Shown one piece after another: positions 53,841-64,000 of a stretch of DNA of 64,000 bases. The DNA lies in NCBI GenBank assembly GCA_964016885.1, contig OZ024740.1, positions 247,752,001-247,816,000 on the forward strand, given 5' to 3'. Every line of letters begins with the position of its first letter. Position 1 is the stretch's first letter. The translations under genes and the position numbers were made by a program. The notes under the pieces are model-generated. The model saw nothing but the letters and a program-made list of their open reading frames with translations, was not told the origin of the DNA and searched no databases. The DNA is from Eledone cirrhosa (lineage: Eukaryota).

Positions 53841-55937
53841 ATGGCTACGAAAAAGAAATTTCATACGTCACTCCCACTCATTCCGTCTTCTTCTTCCTCA
53901 ATCATCACTACAGCAGAGAGAAGATTGTCTCTCTCCCTCCCTTCTTTAAATGTGTCTCTCTCCCTCCCTTCTCTTTCGCAAGTGACGAAAGAAAAGAAAA
54001 GTCTCGTGCAAAGCGTGCAAAGTTTTTCCACGACGACGACGACAGCGACGAAACAGGTGTGCGGGAAATACGAAAACCCAGTTCATTCGTCTGACGTCAG
54101 GAATAATAGCAGTAGCAGCCGTAATAACAACAGCAACAGTGACAATGAAAACAACAGTAGCAGCCGCAACAGCATCACCAGCAGCATAAACAACAACAGC
54201 ATTAGCAGCAGCAACACCAACAACAACCACAGCAACAGCGGCGGAGGCAGTAGTCGTAGTACCTGCAGCAACAACAAAAGTACCAGCAGCTCTGACGACA
54301 ACAACAACAGCAGAGACAAACCAATCTCATTTGCAGGTATTGCGAAAAACTTGGAAACAATCCTCATAACAAATGAGGAATTAGAGGTAGCGAAGAAGAT
54401 GGTGACAAAGAACGGACACCGAGCAATCTGCAAGGCAGCGAAAAATTTTTTCGAAACCCAAGAGCAGTGTACGGTCACGTACCGTACAGTAAGTACAAAA
54501 TCCCGTAGGGTGGAAAGAGCCACAGAGGCCCAAATACAAAAAGCCTTGGGGTCTGTGTGGCAGAGGAAAACGCACATCACCCGAGGCAAAAAATACGCCA
54601 CCGTAGACGTACTTTTTGCCACACCCCAGGAGGCAAAGGCCCAATCAGTAGTGACCCTAAGGAGCGAGGAAATGGTGTTGGTGCCCTCCTACTGCGGGCA
54701 AAAAATTGTGAGGGTCAAACTGACCCACGTCCCCCCCGAAATGACCCCTTCTTGGCTGGCCGCGTCTGTCCTCGTCGGAATCGAGGACAAAACAACTGTA
54801 CTGCAAGTACAGAAAAAAGTAAGAGAAGATTGGGTCGGCTCCTCCATTGAGATGCTAATCCAAACCAACCAGGAGTGCATCGAAGCTATCCCGGATGTGA
54901 TAGACTTCGATAACGGCACTCAACTGCCCATAAGTGTTGAGGGCAAACGCCCGAAATGCTTTCGCTGTGGATCGAAGACTCACCTCAGGGCCTTCTGCAA
55001 CGAGAAGACCCTGAGAAAGGAGAAAACCCCCCTCCTTCCGAATCCGGCTCCACGGCTACCAGCAACAGGACAAGCGGCAACCAGGAACGATAGGTCCGTG
55101 GCACCCATACCCACTCCACGGAAATCAAAGACAGCAGCAGCAGTGGAAATATTAACAACAACAACAGCAATACCAAATGCAGCTGCAACAGAGACTCCAG
55201 TGCAAACATCACCAACAACAACAAGTGAAAGAGTGGAGCTGGTACCCCTCCCCGACCTTACAGAATCAGACATGGAGTGTGAGGTGGGAGAGGGATGGCA
55301 AAAGGTCGCAAGAAGGCACAAACGCAGAAGCAGCGCATCGTCGCCTTTGAAAAGGGAGGAAAGAAATGAGAAAAGGGTAAAGTCTACTGCAAAGAGACCC
55401 ACAGCAGCAACACCACCAACACCATCACCACCCACACCAGCACCACCATCACCACCGGCGACAACCCCACCGCCAACAACACCTTCAACACCACCACCAC
55501 AAGCACCAACATCGCAAACACAACAACAAAACACACACACCCAGCAACAACGACAAGAAAATAGCAGAACCACACCCCACCCCCAGAAAAACAAATGCAC
55601 GGCAATAAACACACACAACAAGAAACTAATGACTTACATAATTGAACACACAGACATTTCACAACAGGACTACATAATACCAGCACCAATCAAAACGCCA
55701 ACTAACATAAGACTGCTAAAAATAGCACAGAAACAATACACAAACATTAAAACGAAATTCCCCAACGCAGTTGGTGATTTCAGGGACCTAGGAGGAACCA
55801 TCAATCGAAGAGTATATTCAGACATTCTCTTAGAAGAGCCGACGACCAGCCGAAGGGACGATTCAACGGTCCCTTCACCAGACGATCAAGTGAAAAGGGA
55901 TGTAAAAACCATCCCTCCTCTACCAAAAGTACGGTAA
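53841..55937 (+). CDS. LINE ORF1 protein, 698 aa (S/N-rich N-terminus, putative RRM-like core, CCHC knuckle, P/T-rich linker)
   Basis: CFRCGSKTHLRAFC = CX2CX4HX4C; position upstream of ORF2. Confidence 0.9.
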   Translation: MATKKKFHTSLPLIPSSSSSIITTAERRLSLSLPSLNVSLSLPSLSQVTKEKKSLVQSVQSFSTTTTTATKQVCGKYENPVHSSDVRNNSSSSRNNNSNSDNENNSSSRNSITSSINNNSISSSNTNNNHSNSGGGSSRSTCSNNKSTSSSDDNNNSRDKPISFAGIAKNLETILITNEELEVAKKMVTKNGHRAICKAAKNFFETQEQCTVTYRTVSTKSRRVERATEAQIQKALGSVWQRKTHITRGKKYATVDVLFATPQEAKAQSVVTLRSEEMVLVPSYCGQKIVRVKLTHVPPEMTPSWLAASVLVGIEDKTTVLQVQKKVREDWVGSSIEMLIQTNQECIEAIPDVIDFDNGTQLPISVEGKRPKCFRCGSKTHLRAFCNEKTLRKEKTPLLPNPAPRLPATGQAATRNDRSVAPIPTPRKSKTAAAVEILTTTTAIPNAAATETPVQTSPTTTSERVELVPLPDLTESDMECEVGEGWQKVARRHKRRSSASSPLKREERNEKRVKSTAKRPTAATPPTPSPPTPAPPSPPATTPPPTTPSTPPPQAPTSQTQQQNTHTQQQRQENSRTTPHPQKNKCTAINTHNKKLMTYIIEHTDISQQDYIIPAPIKTPTNIRLLKIAQKQYTNIKTKFPNAVGDFRDLGGTINRRVYSDILLEEPTTSRRDDSTVPSPDDQVKRDVKTIPPLPKVR

Positions 55938-55972
55938 GTGGTCTTTCCCATCTTTTCCACTCTATTTTAAAC

Positions 55973-58900
55973 ATGACCTCACTCAGAATAGGCAGCATAA
56001 ATGCGCGTGGCTTGGGGTCGTCATGGAAGCAGGGTCACCTGCTCAACGACCTCAGGTCACTAAACATAGATGTAGTGGCCATCAGCGAGACCAGAATCTC
56101 CGAAGCACGGGCCTTCGCACCGATCTTCGGCGGCTACGATGTGTACGCATCTCCCAGCCGTCCTGGATCGGGTGGAGGAGTTGCTGTGCTTTTTCGGAGA
56201 GGTTTGGATCTCGCCATACGGGCCATCTTCCTGGACCCAGAGGGTAAGCTGGTGGTGCTGGACGTGACCAGCGGAGACGGGCAAGCTTTCAGGCTAGTGG
56301 CCGTCTATGCCCCGACAGGAGCAGGGCGGCCTGATTTCTTCCGGCGTCTGGAGACCTTTCTTGGAACGTCCCGCTCTTTAGTGTTAGTGGGCGACTGGAA
56401 CGGGATCTTAGATGCACGCTGGGACTGTGTGGGATTAGCGGATAGGGGTGGAGGGTGCAAGAGCCTCACCAACCTGCTCAGGCGTTTTGAACTGTCTGAC
56501 AGGTACCGATTGGATTTCCCGAATGTACCAATGTGGACTTGGACAAACCGCATAGGGTCATCCAGATCATATCTAGATAGAGTATTTTGTAGGGAAATAG
56601 ATAGGTCTAGCATAGGCTGTCCACAATTCAAGATAGTCAGCTACACGGACCACAAATTCGTGACCTGTGTGCTTGACTTAGATAGGCTTCATAGACAAGG
56701 ACCCGGCTACTGGAAGCTAAACGCGTCCTTACCAGCGCGCAAGGCCTACAGAGACCGGATTAGCGAACTAGTTAAGCGGGCGTTGACGGGGGCCATCGTC
56801 AACAACAAGTGGTGGTTTGCTCTGAAAAGAGCGATTAGAATAGAATCGATTAGGTTTAGTAAGGCTTTAGCAATAGAGAAAAATAGAGCAGAGGGAGAAC
56901 TAGTTAGAAAATTAGACGAGGCGCTTAGCAAAGGCATTGCGACCGACGTGCTTGCGGCGAAATTGGCCCTTGACCAATTCTTCAATGCAAAGCACGAAGG
57001 CTGCGTTGTCAGAGCTAGGGTGCGTGCTCTCAGACACGAGGGGACGAAAGCCGTTCAATGGGCCCGAGTGGCGGAGGCGCGTCGTGGCAACAAAGCCACG
57101 ATCCGGTCTTTGGTGGACCACGACGGGCGCATGCTACTCGATCCCGGGCAAATGTGTGAAACTTTTCAGCGACACTTCGCTCAGCTGTTCGGGGGCAGCG
57201 GGGGGCCGGGTAGAGGGATGGACTTTAGTGTCTACCTCGACGGACTGCCGCGGCTCTCGGCCACTGAGGCGAAGTGTTGCGAAAAGCCGATAACAGCCGC
57301 TGAAGTAAGGGAGGCAATGACTGGCTGCACAAGGGGTAAATCGCCTGGTTTGGATGGTCTGCCCTATGAACTTTACGTACAGATGCCAGACTTGTTCGGA
57401 GGCCTCTTAGCGGACGTCTACTGCAACTGGCAACAGAACGGGAGAATTCCCAGTTCTGTGAGCCGAGGAGCGGTGGCACTGCTGAGAAAGGATCCGAACA
57501 AGGGGGATAACATAGACAATTTCCGGCCCATAACTCTGCTAAACACAGAGTTTAAGATTTTGGCCAAGGTGCTAGCAAAGAGGTTGGCGCTTGTCGTTGG
57601 TGGTCTGGTGGGAGAGGCGCAGACATGCGCCATTCCCGACAGATCCATCCACGACAACCTCCACCTCATGCGATACATCGTAGAGAGGGTAGCTAGGGAA
57701 CCTGGCACGGGTGGGTCCTTGATCAATTTAGATCAGTCGAAAGCTTTCGATAGGGTCGACCATCGTTACCTAGCGGCAGTCCTGAGGGCGGCTGGCTTTG
57801 GGCCCGTCTTCAGAGGCTGGATCGCTGCCATGCACAGCGACATCTGCTCTGTGGTGAGAGTGAACGGTCACCTGTCGGAACCGTTCAACATCATGCGCTC
57901 GGTCCGCCAAGGATGTCCCCTCTCGTCCCTCTTGTACGTATTGACTCTCGAGCCATTACTGCACAAACTGGAGACGTTGAGGGGAGTCCCGCGCGAACTA
58001 GGATGCGGAAGATCCGTGTCAGCATATGCGGACGATGTCACCGTAGTGGTGTCGAACGCCAAACACATCGAGGCGATCGGCACTACACTAAGAGAATACG
58101 AAGCGGTGACAGGAGCAATGATCAACCAGGAAAAGTCAGTGGGCCTGCAGCTCGGCACCTGGAGAGGCAGGTCCATGCCGTCCAACAGCGTCGTCGGGCG
58201 CTGGACGGACGGACCGGTTAAATTGCTAGGGGTCTGGTTCGGTCCGGACCTCCAGACGGACAAAAACTGGGACGAGGTGACGAGCAGGGTGGCTTCTCTC
58301 ACCCAGAAATGGGCGGAGAGGAAGCTATCCCTGAAAGGTCGAGCGGAGGTGGCTAACGCGTACATCGCGTCTGTCATCTGCTACCGCCTAACCGTCGTAC
58401 CTTGTCCTAAGCCTCGCCTGACTGCGCTGGAGCGTTTGCTCTTTCGCTTTTTGTGGAAGGGACGTGCTCCGATGGTCAGGCGGTCCATCTGTTGTCAACA
58501 CCCGCTACGTGGAGGGCTGGGCATGCCGTGGCTGATGATGCGCAGGCACGCGCTCAGGCTACGACATCTCCACCTCTTCCTCGACGGTGATCAGGTGTGG
58601 TCGCCGTTTGCTAGACGCGTTTTTCCCCAGCTCGTTTCCTTGACGGAGCTGCAGTCCTGGGTCAAGCGAAGACCGAGAGGGAGCGCCTGGAGACTGGAAT
58701 GTCTTCAGGCGCTCACAGCCCTCGACCAATCGGGCAATGTGATCGGTGGAAACTCCACCTCGGCGTTCTATAGAGGATTAGTGGAGGGGAAGAGCGACGA
58801 CGTACTTGGGGAAACTCTAGGCGTCGACGAAAATCAACTAGCCAATCTCTTCGGAAGAACTTTCGGGCCAGGGCCTATGGACAACTTCCAGAAATCTCTG

Positions 58901-59392
58901 GCCTGGCAGTGCTACCGAGGAGCCTTGCCAGTTCGGGATAAACTCTACAGGCATGGAGGTGCCGTCAGCCGGGCATGTCCGAGATGCGCGCAGGGCGACG
59001 AAACCGTCCTGCACGCACTCGTCCAGTGTCCGAAAATTGCTGACTTGTGGGTTTATGTCGAACACCTGCTGTCGCGTTTAGGACGGATCCAGCTATCATC
59101 TGAGTCTATCGTGAGGATTGCCCCGCCCTCCTCATTTAGCCGGGAAGGGCAGGCAGTTTTTATCTGTCTGGTGGCCATGGCGAAAGAGATAGTATGGTGG
59201 ACACGTTTGAAAGGGCTGAAGACGAGCACTTACCTCTTCGGTGATGCTCTGATTGACTTTTTCAAATTTCATTTGAAAAGGAAAATCAGAGTAGAGAAGG
59301 AAGTGCTCTCTTCCCAGCATTTTGTTGAAAGATGGGTGAGAGAAGCAAGAATAGCCCGAGTGAATGGGCCGACTCTGAGTATATATCTGTAA
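55973..59392 (+). CDS. LINE ORF2 protein, 1139 aa: APE endonuclease, reverse transcriptase, C-terminal CCHC
   Basis: GSINARG, ISETR, GDWN, YLDRV, TDH; KSPGLDG, FRPITLLN, LDQSKAFDRVDH, QGCPLS, YADD; CPRC..ETVLHALVQC; WKLNASL typical of L1/Tx1. Confidence 0.97.
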   Translation: MTSLRIGSINARGLGSSWKQGHLLNDLRSLNIDVVAISETRISEARAFAPIFGGYDVYASPSRPGSGGGVAVLFRRGLDLAIRAIFLDPEGKLVVLDVTSGDGQAFRLVAVYAPTGAGRPDFFRRLETFLGTSRSLVLVGDWNGILDARWDCVGLADRGGGCKSLTNLLRRFELSDRYRLDFPNVPMWTWTNRIGSSRSYLDRVFCREIDRSSIGCPQFKIVSYTDHKFVTCVLDLDRLHRQGPGYWKLNASLPARKAYRDRISELVKRALTGAIVNNKWWFALKRAIRIESIRFSKALAIEKNRAEGELVRKLDEALSKGIATDVLAAKLALDQFFNAKHEGCVVRARVRALRHEGTKAVQWARVAEARRGNKATIRSLVDHDGRMLLDPGQMCETFQRHFAQLFGGSGGPGRGMDFSVYLDGLPRLSATEAKCCEKPITAAEVREAMTGCTRGKSPGLDGLPYELYVQMPDLFGGLLADVYCNWQQNGRIPSSVSRGAVALLRKDPNKGDNIDNFRPITLLNTEFKILAKVLAKRLALVVGGLVGEAQTCAIPDRSIHDNLHLMRYIVERVAREPGTGGSLINLDQSKAFDRVDHRYLAAVLRAAGFGPVFRGWIAAMHSDICSVVRVNGHLSEPFNIMRSVRQGCPLSSLLYVLTLEPLLHKLETLRGVPRELGCGRSVSAYADDVTVVVSNAKHIEAIGTTLREYEAVTGAMINQEKSVGLQLGTWRGRSMPSNSVVGRWTDGPVKLLGVWFGPDLQTDKNWDEVTSRVASLTQKWAERKLSLKGRAEVANAYIASVICYRLTVVPCPKPRLTALERLLFRFLWKGRAPMVRRSICCQHPLRGGLGMPWLMMRRHALRLRHLHLFLDGDQVWSPFARRVFPQLVSLTELQSWVKRRPRGSAWRLECLQALTALDQSGNVIGGNSTSAFYRGLVEGKSDDVLGETLGVDENQLANLFGRTFGPGPMDNFQKSLAWQCYRGALPVRDKLYRHGGAVSRACPRCAQGDETVLHALVQCPKIADLWVYVEHLLSRLGRIQLSSESIVRIAPPSSFSREGQAVFICLVAMAKEIVWWTRLKGLKTSTYLFGDALIDFFKFHLKRKIRVEKEVLSSQHFVERWVREARIARVNGPTLSIYL

Positions 59393-59653
59393 ACTAAAGG
59401 TGGAAAACTGGGAGAGGGCACTTGCCTTGGTGGTCAGGGTCATTGTGGCTTTTTACTGGGCTTTCTCCACAAATGTCCCTCCGAAGTCTCCCCCCTATTG
59501 GGGAATTTTTCATTGTTATTTTCATTGTTATTTTTGTTACATCCTCTGTTTTTGTTTTTTTTACACGCAGAAATGCCCATTTGTACCGTCCTGCATTGTC
59601 CTGCACTGTCCTTAATGTCTACTTTATGTAAACCCTTGTGGTTAATAAAGAAA

Positions 59654-59705
<52 letters not shown>

Positions 59706-59706
<1 letters not shown>

Positions 59707-59900
59707 AGGGCGGTGAATTGGCAGTATCGGTAGAGGGTTGGACGCCATGCTTTCTAGCATAGTTACGTCCCTTTACGGTTTGAGTTCAAATCCCGCTGAG
59801 GTTAACTTTGCCTATCATCCTTACGGTGTCGATAAAATAAAGTACCAGTAATGTACTGGGTAATTGCTGGCCTTGTGCCTAAAGTAGAAACAATTATTAT
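59706..59900 (+). mobile_element. Full-length SINE inserted at the end of the LINE tail
   Basis: A and B boxes; attattattataa on both sides (59695-59707, 59893-59905). Confidence 0.9.
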
Positions 59901-60087
59901 TATAATTTGGGAGGGTCATGCTGCCAAGAAATCTTTAAAACAAATACAAAAACGAAATATATATATATATATATATATTTCGCTCTTATAGCTCTGTTTC
60001 ATCTGAATTATTGAGCCCTCTGCCGCTCATTTCGAATATTGTTTATCGTGAACTCGTGCGCCGATTTTTCGATACTCGATCTTTCTA

Positions 60088-60160
<73 letters not shown>

Positions 60161-61379
60161 TGTGTGTGTGTGTGTGTAAGTGTGTAGGTGGGGGTGTATA
60201 AAATGTAAATAAATGTTTATATATCTTATCCTCATTACTTTTTAGCTTTGCAAATTCTTTTTATTAACTTTTTTTCATTTTCTTTCTCATTTTTATATAC
60301 ATTATATATGATTATTTTATTATATGATTATTTTTTTTAATTCTGATATAATGCCAGGTCTCTGATTACTGAGGGTCCCCTTAATAGGGTGATATTATCA
60401 GTAATCTCTTATTCTTATGGTAGACTAGACTCTATATCTTGGTTACGACAACTAGTCTAGGCGATGGCAAGCTCTGAAATAAAAACCTTAGTCCCCTGAC
60501 GTTCTTGGTCTTGTTACAACAATAAATTCTTTTGCGATGAAGAAGTGGCGGTAGGTCCGTCCACTCAAAATATGTTCAACTACACAGGTACTTCTACACT
60601 ACGAGCTGAATTAACATCAGCTGTATGGTTGGCACTAACCTTAAAATGCGCTTTAAACTCATTTGAAATATTTCAAGCAGAATTAATAAAGGGCAATAAG
60701 AACACTGGGAACGATAGGTGAACCGGTCTGACTAGGCTGGTTCCCCAGCGCGCTGCAGGCAGGGCCTGGTCGTTATCCATGTGATGTAAATGACGTGTGT
60801 AGTGTGTACGTAATGAGAGGAGCAGAGAGTTGGACTGATCATTGGCTAGTGAGAGCCAAACTAAATATAATTATAACAGCAAAAGCTAGATACTCTGAGA
60901 CTAGAGTACCAAAGAAATTAATGTGACAAATTTCAAATCTTTCAATGCTAACCACAATTTTTACAGTGTATTAGTTAATATCACACTTGACCTGAGCAAT
61001 TTTTGGGAAGATAAAAGTCTTCCAGATAGCATCTGCATAAGAATGTATGAGATCAAAGAGGTCTAATGACTGGGTTACAGATAACTGCCATGAAGTATGA
61101 CTTACTTAGGGACTAATAAAATCTTTGTAATAAGCTTCTTTCTCGATCAATCAATCCTAATTGTAATAACTCTTATAAGCGATTAAAAAGAGATAAATAT
61201 TAAACAGCAGTGGTAGCAAGATAAAGCAAAACCAAAACAAGCACAAGAGACAGTAGATCGCAAGGATACTAAGGTATTTTACTCCTACATGGTTCATAAT
61301 CTTCTTCAATAGCACCTGTAAGAACTACCGATAGTAAAGTACTTTTAACTGATATTGTCTCCATTTAGAACTGCTGACA

Positions 61380-62700
61380 AGAACACTTCTTTGAGCTCCT
61401 TAACAGGTCCTCTAATGTCAACATAAACGTTATTGAATCAATGAAAAGCTATCCAATTGTAGATGAAGTGGCATCAGAACCAACTAGAAATGATATTGCT
61501 TCTGCAGTACAGAAATTAAACAATAAATCTCCTGGCCTGGATGGTATTAATGCTGAGGTTCTCAAGCATGGAGGGGAGAAAATGGTGGAACATTTACACA
61601 CTGTAATACTCAATTGTTGGGTGGAGGAGGAATTACCACAAAACTGGGTTAATGGTATCTTGGGCTCTCTTTTCAAATCTGGTTCTAAAGACCAATGTGG
61701 TAATTTTAGGGTAATTTCCCTATTATCCGTTGTCGGTAAGCTTCTAGCACGTATCCTTTTGAAACGGCTTAATAAGTTCATAATGCCAAGAGTCGTATCA
61801 GAGTACCAATGTGGTTTTCGCGTGAAAAAAGGCACTAGTGATCGTCACAATCAGACAACTGCAGGGAAAATGTATTGAACAGCACCTCACTCTCAACCAT
61901 TCGATATTGTTAATAGTAATGCCGTATGGTTAATTTTGTCTAAATTTAGATGCCGTTAAAAGTTTGTAAATATATTGAGAGCTCTTCATAAAGACATAGA
62001 AGTTTTCATAAAGACATGAGTTAACTTTAGGGGCAAACTGTCTTAGCCTTTTGCAGTGGAAAAGGATGTGAAACAGAGAGACCTTGATGCATCTACTCTT
62101 TGTGATATGTTTTGCTGCCATGCCCTATCATGCTTTACAAAACAACAATGAACGAGTATGTGTAAGACATCGTCTTTAATTTAGCAAGGATGAAATTTAA
62201 GAGCAAAGTGTTCACTTCACAAATAAGAGACCTATTGTATATTGATGACTGTAGGTCAGTCATACTGAGCATGGATTGTAATTATTGATTTCTGCATTTG
62301 ATTTGGCATGTGATATTTGGTTTGACTATAAATTTAAAGAAAACAGTTGTTTTGTGTCAACTTGCACTGGAACAAGTTGCGCAACAACCTAAAATGTATC
62401 TGAAAGGTAATCTTCTTAAGGTTGTTGAATCCTTCATATATCTTGAGAGGTTGTGAATAAAGATGGAACGTTGGATCCAGAAATACCTCTAAGGATTCAA
62501 AAGGCAGCAATATTTTTTGGTAGTTTAGAGTCTCGGGTTTGGTCACAAGAATGAAACAAAAATATCTGTTTATAGAGGTTTTGTATTATCCTCCCTTCTG
62601 TAATCGTATGAAACCTGGACGTGTTACAAACATCACTTTAGACGTCTGGAACCATTCCGTCAAAAATGCTTACGCCATATTCTGGAAATAAATGTTGAGA
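61380..62700 (+). mobile_element. Decayed RTE-clade LINE (RT region)
   Basis: KSPGLDGINAEVLKHGG, FRVISLLSVVGKLLARILLKRL, QCGFR; degraded downstream motifs. Confidence 0.8.
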
Positions 62701-63344
62701 GATTAATTCTTAATTTTTTAAAACTATCATCCCTTTTGGGGAGTCGCTAACAACTGCCGCTGGGTTTTTGCTTTCTTTCTTAAGTTGAAAAGGAAACTTC
62801 AACTCATTAGAAACGTTTTTGCGTATGGCATTCAGTAGATCACCCTTTAACTTTTATATATAGAGAGAATATTTAGGCTTTAGTTTAGCATGAGAGTAAA
62901 TGAACTACATTACACTGGCTAATATATCCGACATTTTTCATTATTCTCGAGTTTGATTTAAAGGAGATCTGCTGGACGGGATTAAATCCCTTTCAGGCCC
63001 CTAAGCACTTAAAAGATTATGGTGTCCCGCACATTCCCCATGAATAAAGTTTGCAAATGATTTTGTTTGAAATGACAAACACATTTAATTTGAATAAAAG
63101 TATGCTGCTCTTCCCTTGATACCGTAATCATGCGTTCATTTTGCTTAATTATTAATCCAGCTCAAATCTGGTTACTATTTCTAACTGGTTGAGGCTACAG
63201 CGGGCATGGTCCCTCGTTGTTTCTATCCTTAAGTTTTGGGATTTATCAACTGTATTAAATTTAAGTTAATTGAATTTTATTCCAATAACTACATGTCCAT
63301 TGATTAGATTTAAACATTAAAACATAATCAATGTAAACTAGTAT

Positions 63345-64000
63345 ATCTTCTTCTTGCTCTTACTGGACGAGGCCGGGGTCATCCTAAACTAGTGATATCA
63401 GAAATATCATCGTACGTAGGACCACCAGCACCCTCAAAGGTGCCTACTATGATGCGGGAAACTGTGGACTGATGCGTTCGCGCACGTAACATTTTGTTGG
63501 AAATGTCGTGGCACCATCTGATATTTTTTTATGGTCCTCATGGCTCTGCAATCGAAGCTGTCGATTCTCTTTGCCAGAGTCTTTGTGAAGGGCCACATTT
63601 CTGCTCCATAGAGGAGAACGGAAAGGACCGATTCGTTGTAGATACGGAGCTTCGTTTTCTTGGAGATTGAGCAGTGGTGCCATAGGGAATACATGACCCC
63701 GGTAGGCAGGCCACATCTGCGGTTGATCTCAGAGGTCAGTTCTCCATTGTTGGTGACTATGGAGCCCAGGTAAATGAAGAAGCTGACAAATTCCATAGCG
63801 TCGGGGCCAATATGAAGCGGGGAAGGATCCGGGTCCTTGCCAACATGCATCAGCTTTGTCTTCGCCCAGCTTACCTGAAGACCAAACTTTGCTGATTTCT
63901 CCCGATATATGGCCAGTGCGTCTTTGAGCTGACAGATCGAATTACTGGCCTTGTCATGGTGAGGGGTCATGTGTGTTCCGTAAATCTGAGAGAGCGTTAC
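63345..64000 (-). mobile_element. RTE-like LINE, RT C-terminal and 3' fragment (continues beyond window)
   Basis: FGLQVSWAKTKLM, FIYLGS, KTKLRIYNESVLSVLLYGAEMW. Confidence 0.8.

Larger units (their letters stand above)
53627..59655 (+). mobile_element. Full-length, apparently intact Tx1-like LINE, type B (array copy 3)
   Basis: Two uninterrupted ORFs, 5' UTR, 3' UTR with AATAAA, (ATT)n on both sides. Confidence 0.96.

Noticed and set aside
42106-59760. Many antisense and alternate-frame ORFs inside the LINE copies
   Set aside because: Shadows of GC-rich ORF2 and CA-rich ORF1; recurrence only reflects copy identity
59966-60008. Hammerhead-like CAGAUGA...GCU/AGC-GAAA-UAUA on the minus strand
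   Set aside because: Core mutated, extra unpaired bases and no stem I

Overview
AT-rich, microsatellite-rich animal genomic DNA, probably cephalopod/octopus judging from the SINE and repeat style (inference). It is made almost entirely of nested transposable elements, and no host gene could be supported. The main structure is a head-to-tail array of three ~6 kb L1/Tx1-clade LINEs (41643-59655) separated only by (ATT)n. The last copy has intact ORF1 and ORF2. Copies share a nearly identical ORF2 and 3' UTR but carry different 5'UTR/ORF1 modules (types A and B in the array; further variants C, D, E in decayed copies at 9-22 kb). The ORF1 stop codon overlaps a splice donor that would fuse ORF1 to ORF2 in frame, and the type B module looks joined to the type A tail exactly at donor/acceptor sites. 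The same (ATT)n tracts hold R4/Dong-like RLE retroelements (all minus strand) and a tRNA-derived SINE that shares the LINE's 3' end and target. At 30-39 kb, (TA)n tracts hold Penelope-like fragments, several long foldbacks and minimal type-I hammerhead ribozymes, including a circularly permuted ~440-bp retrozyme-like unit. RTE and Helitron remnants are also present. All alignments and folds were done by eye.
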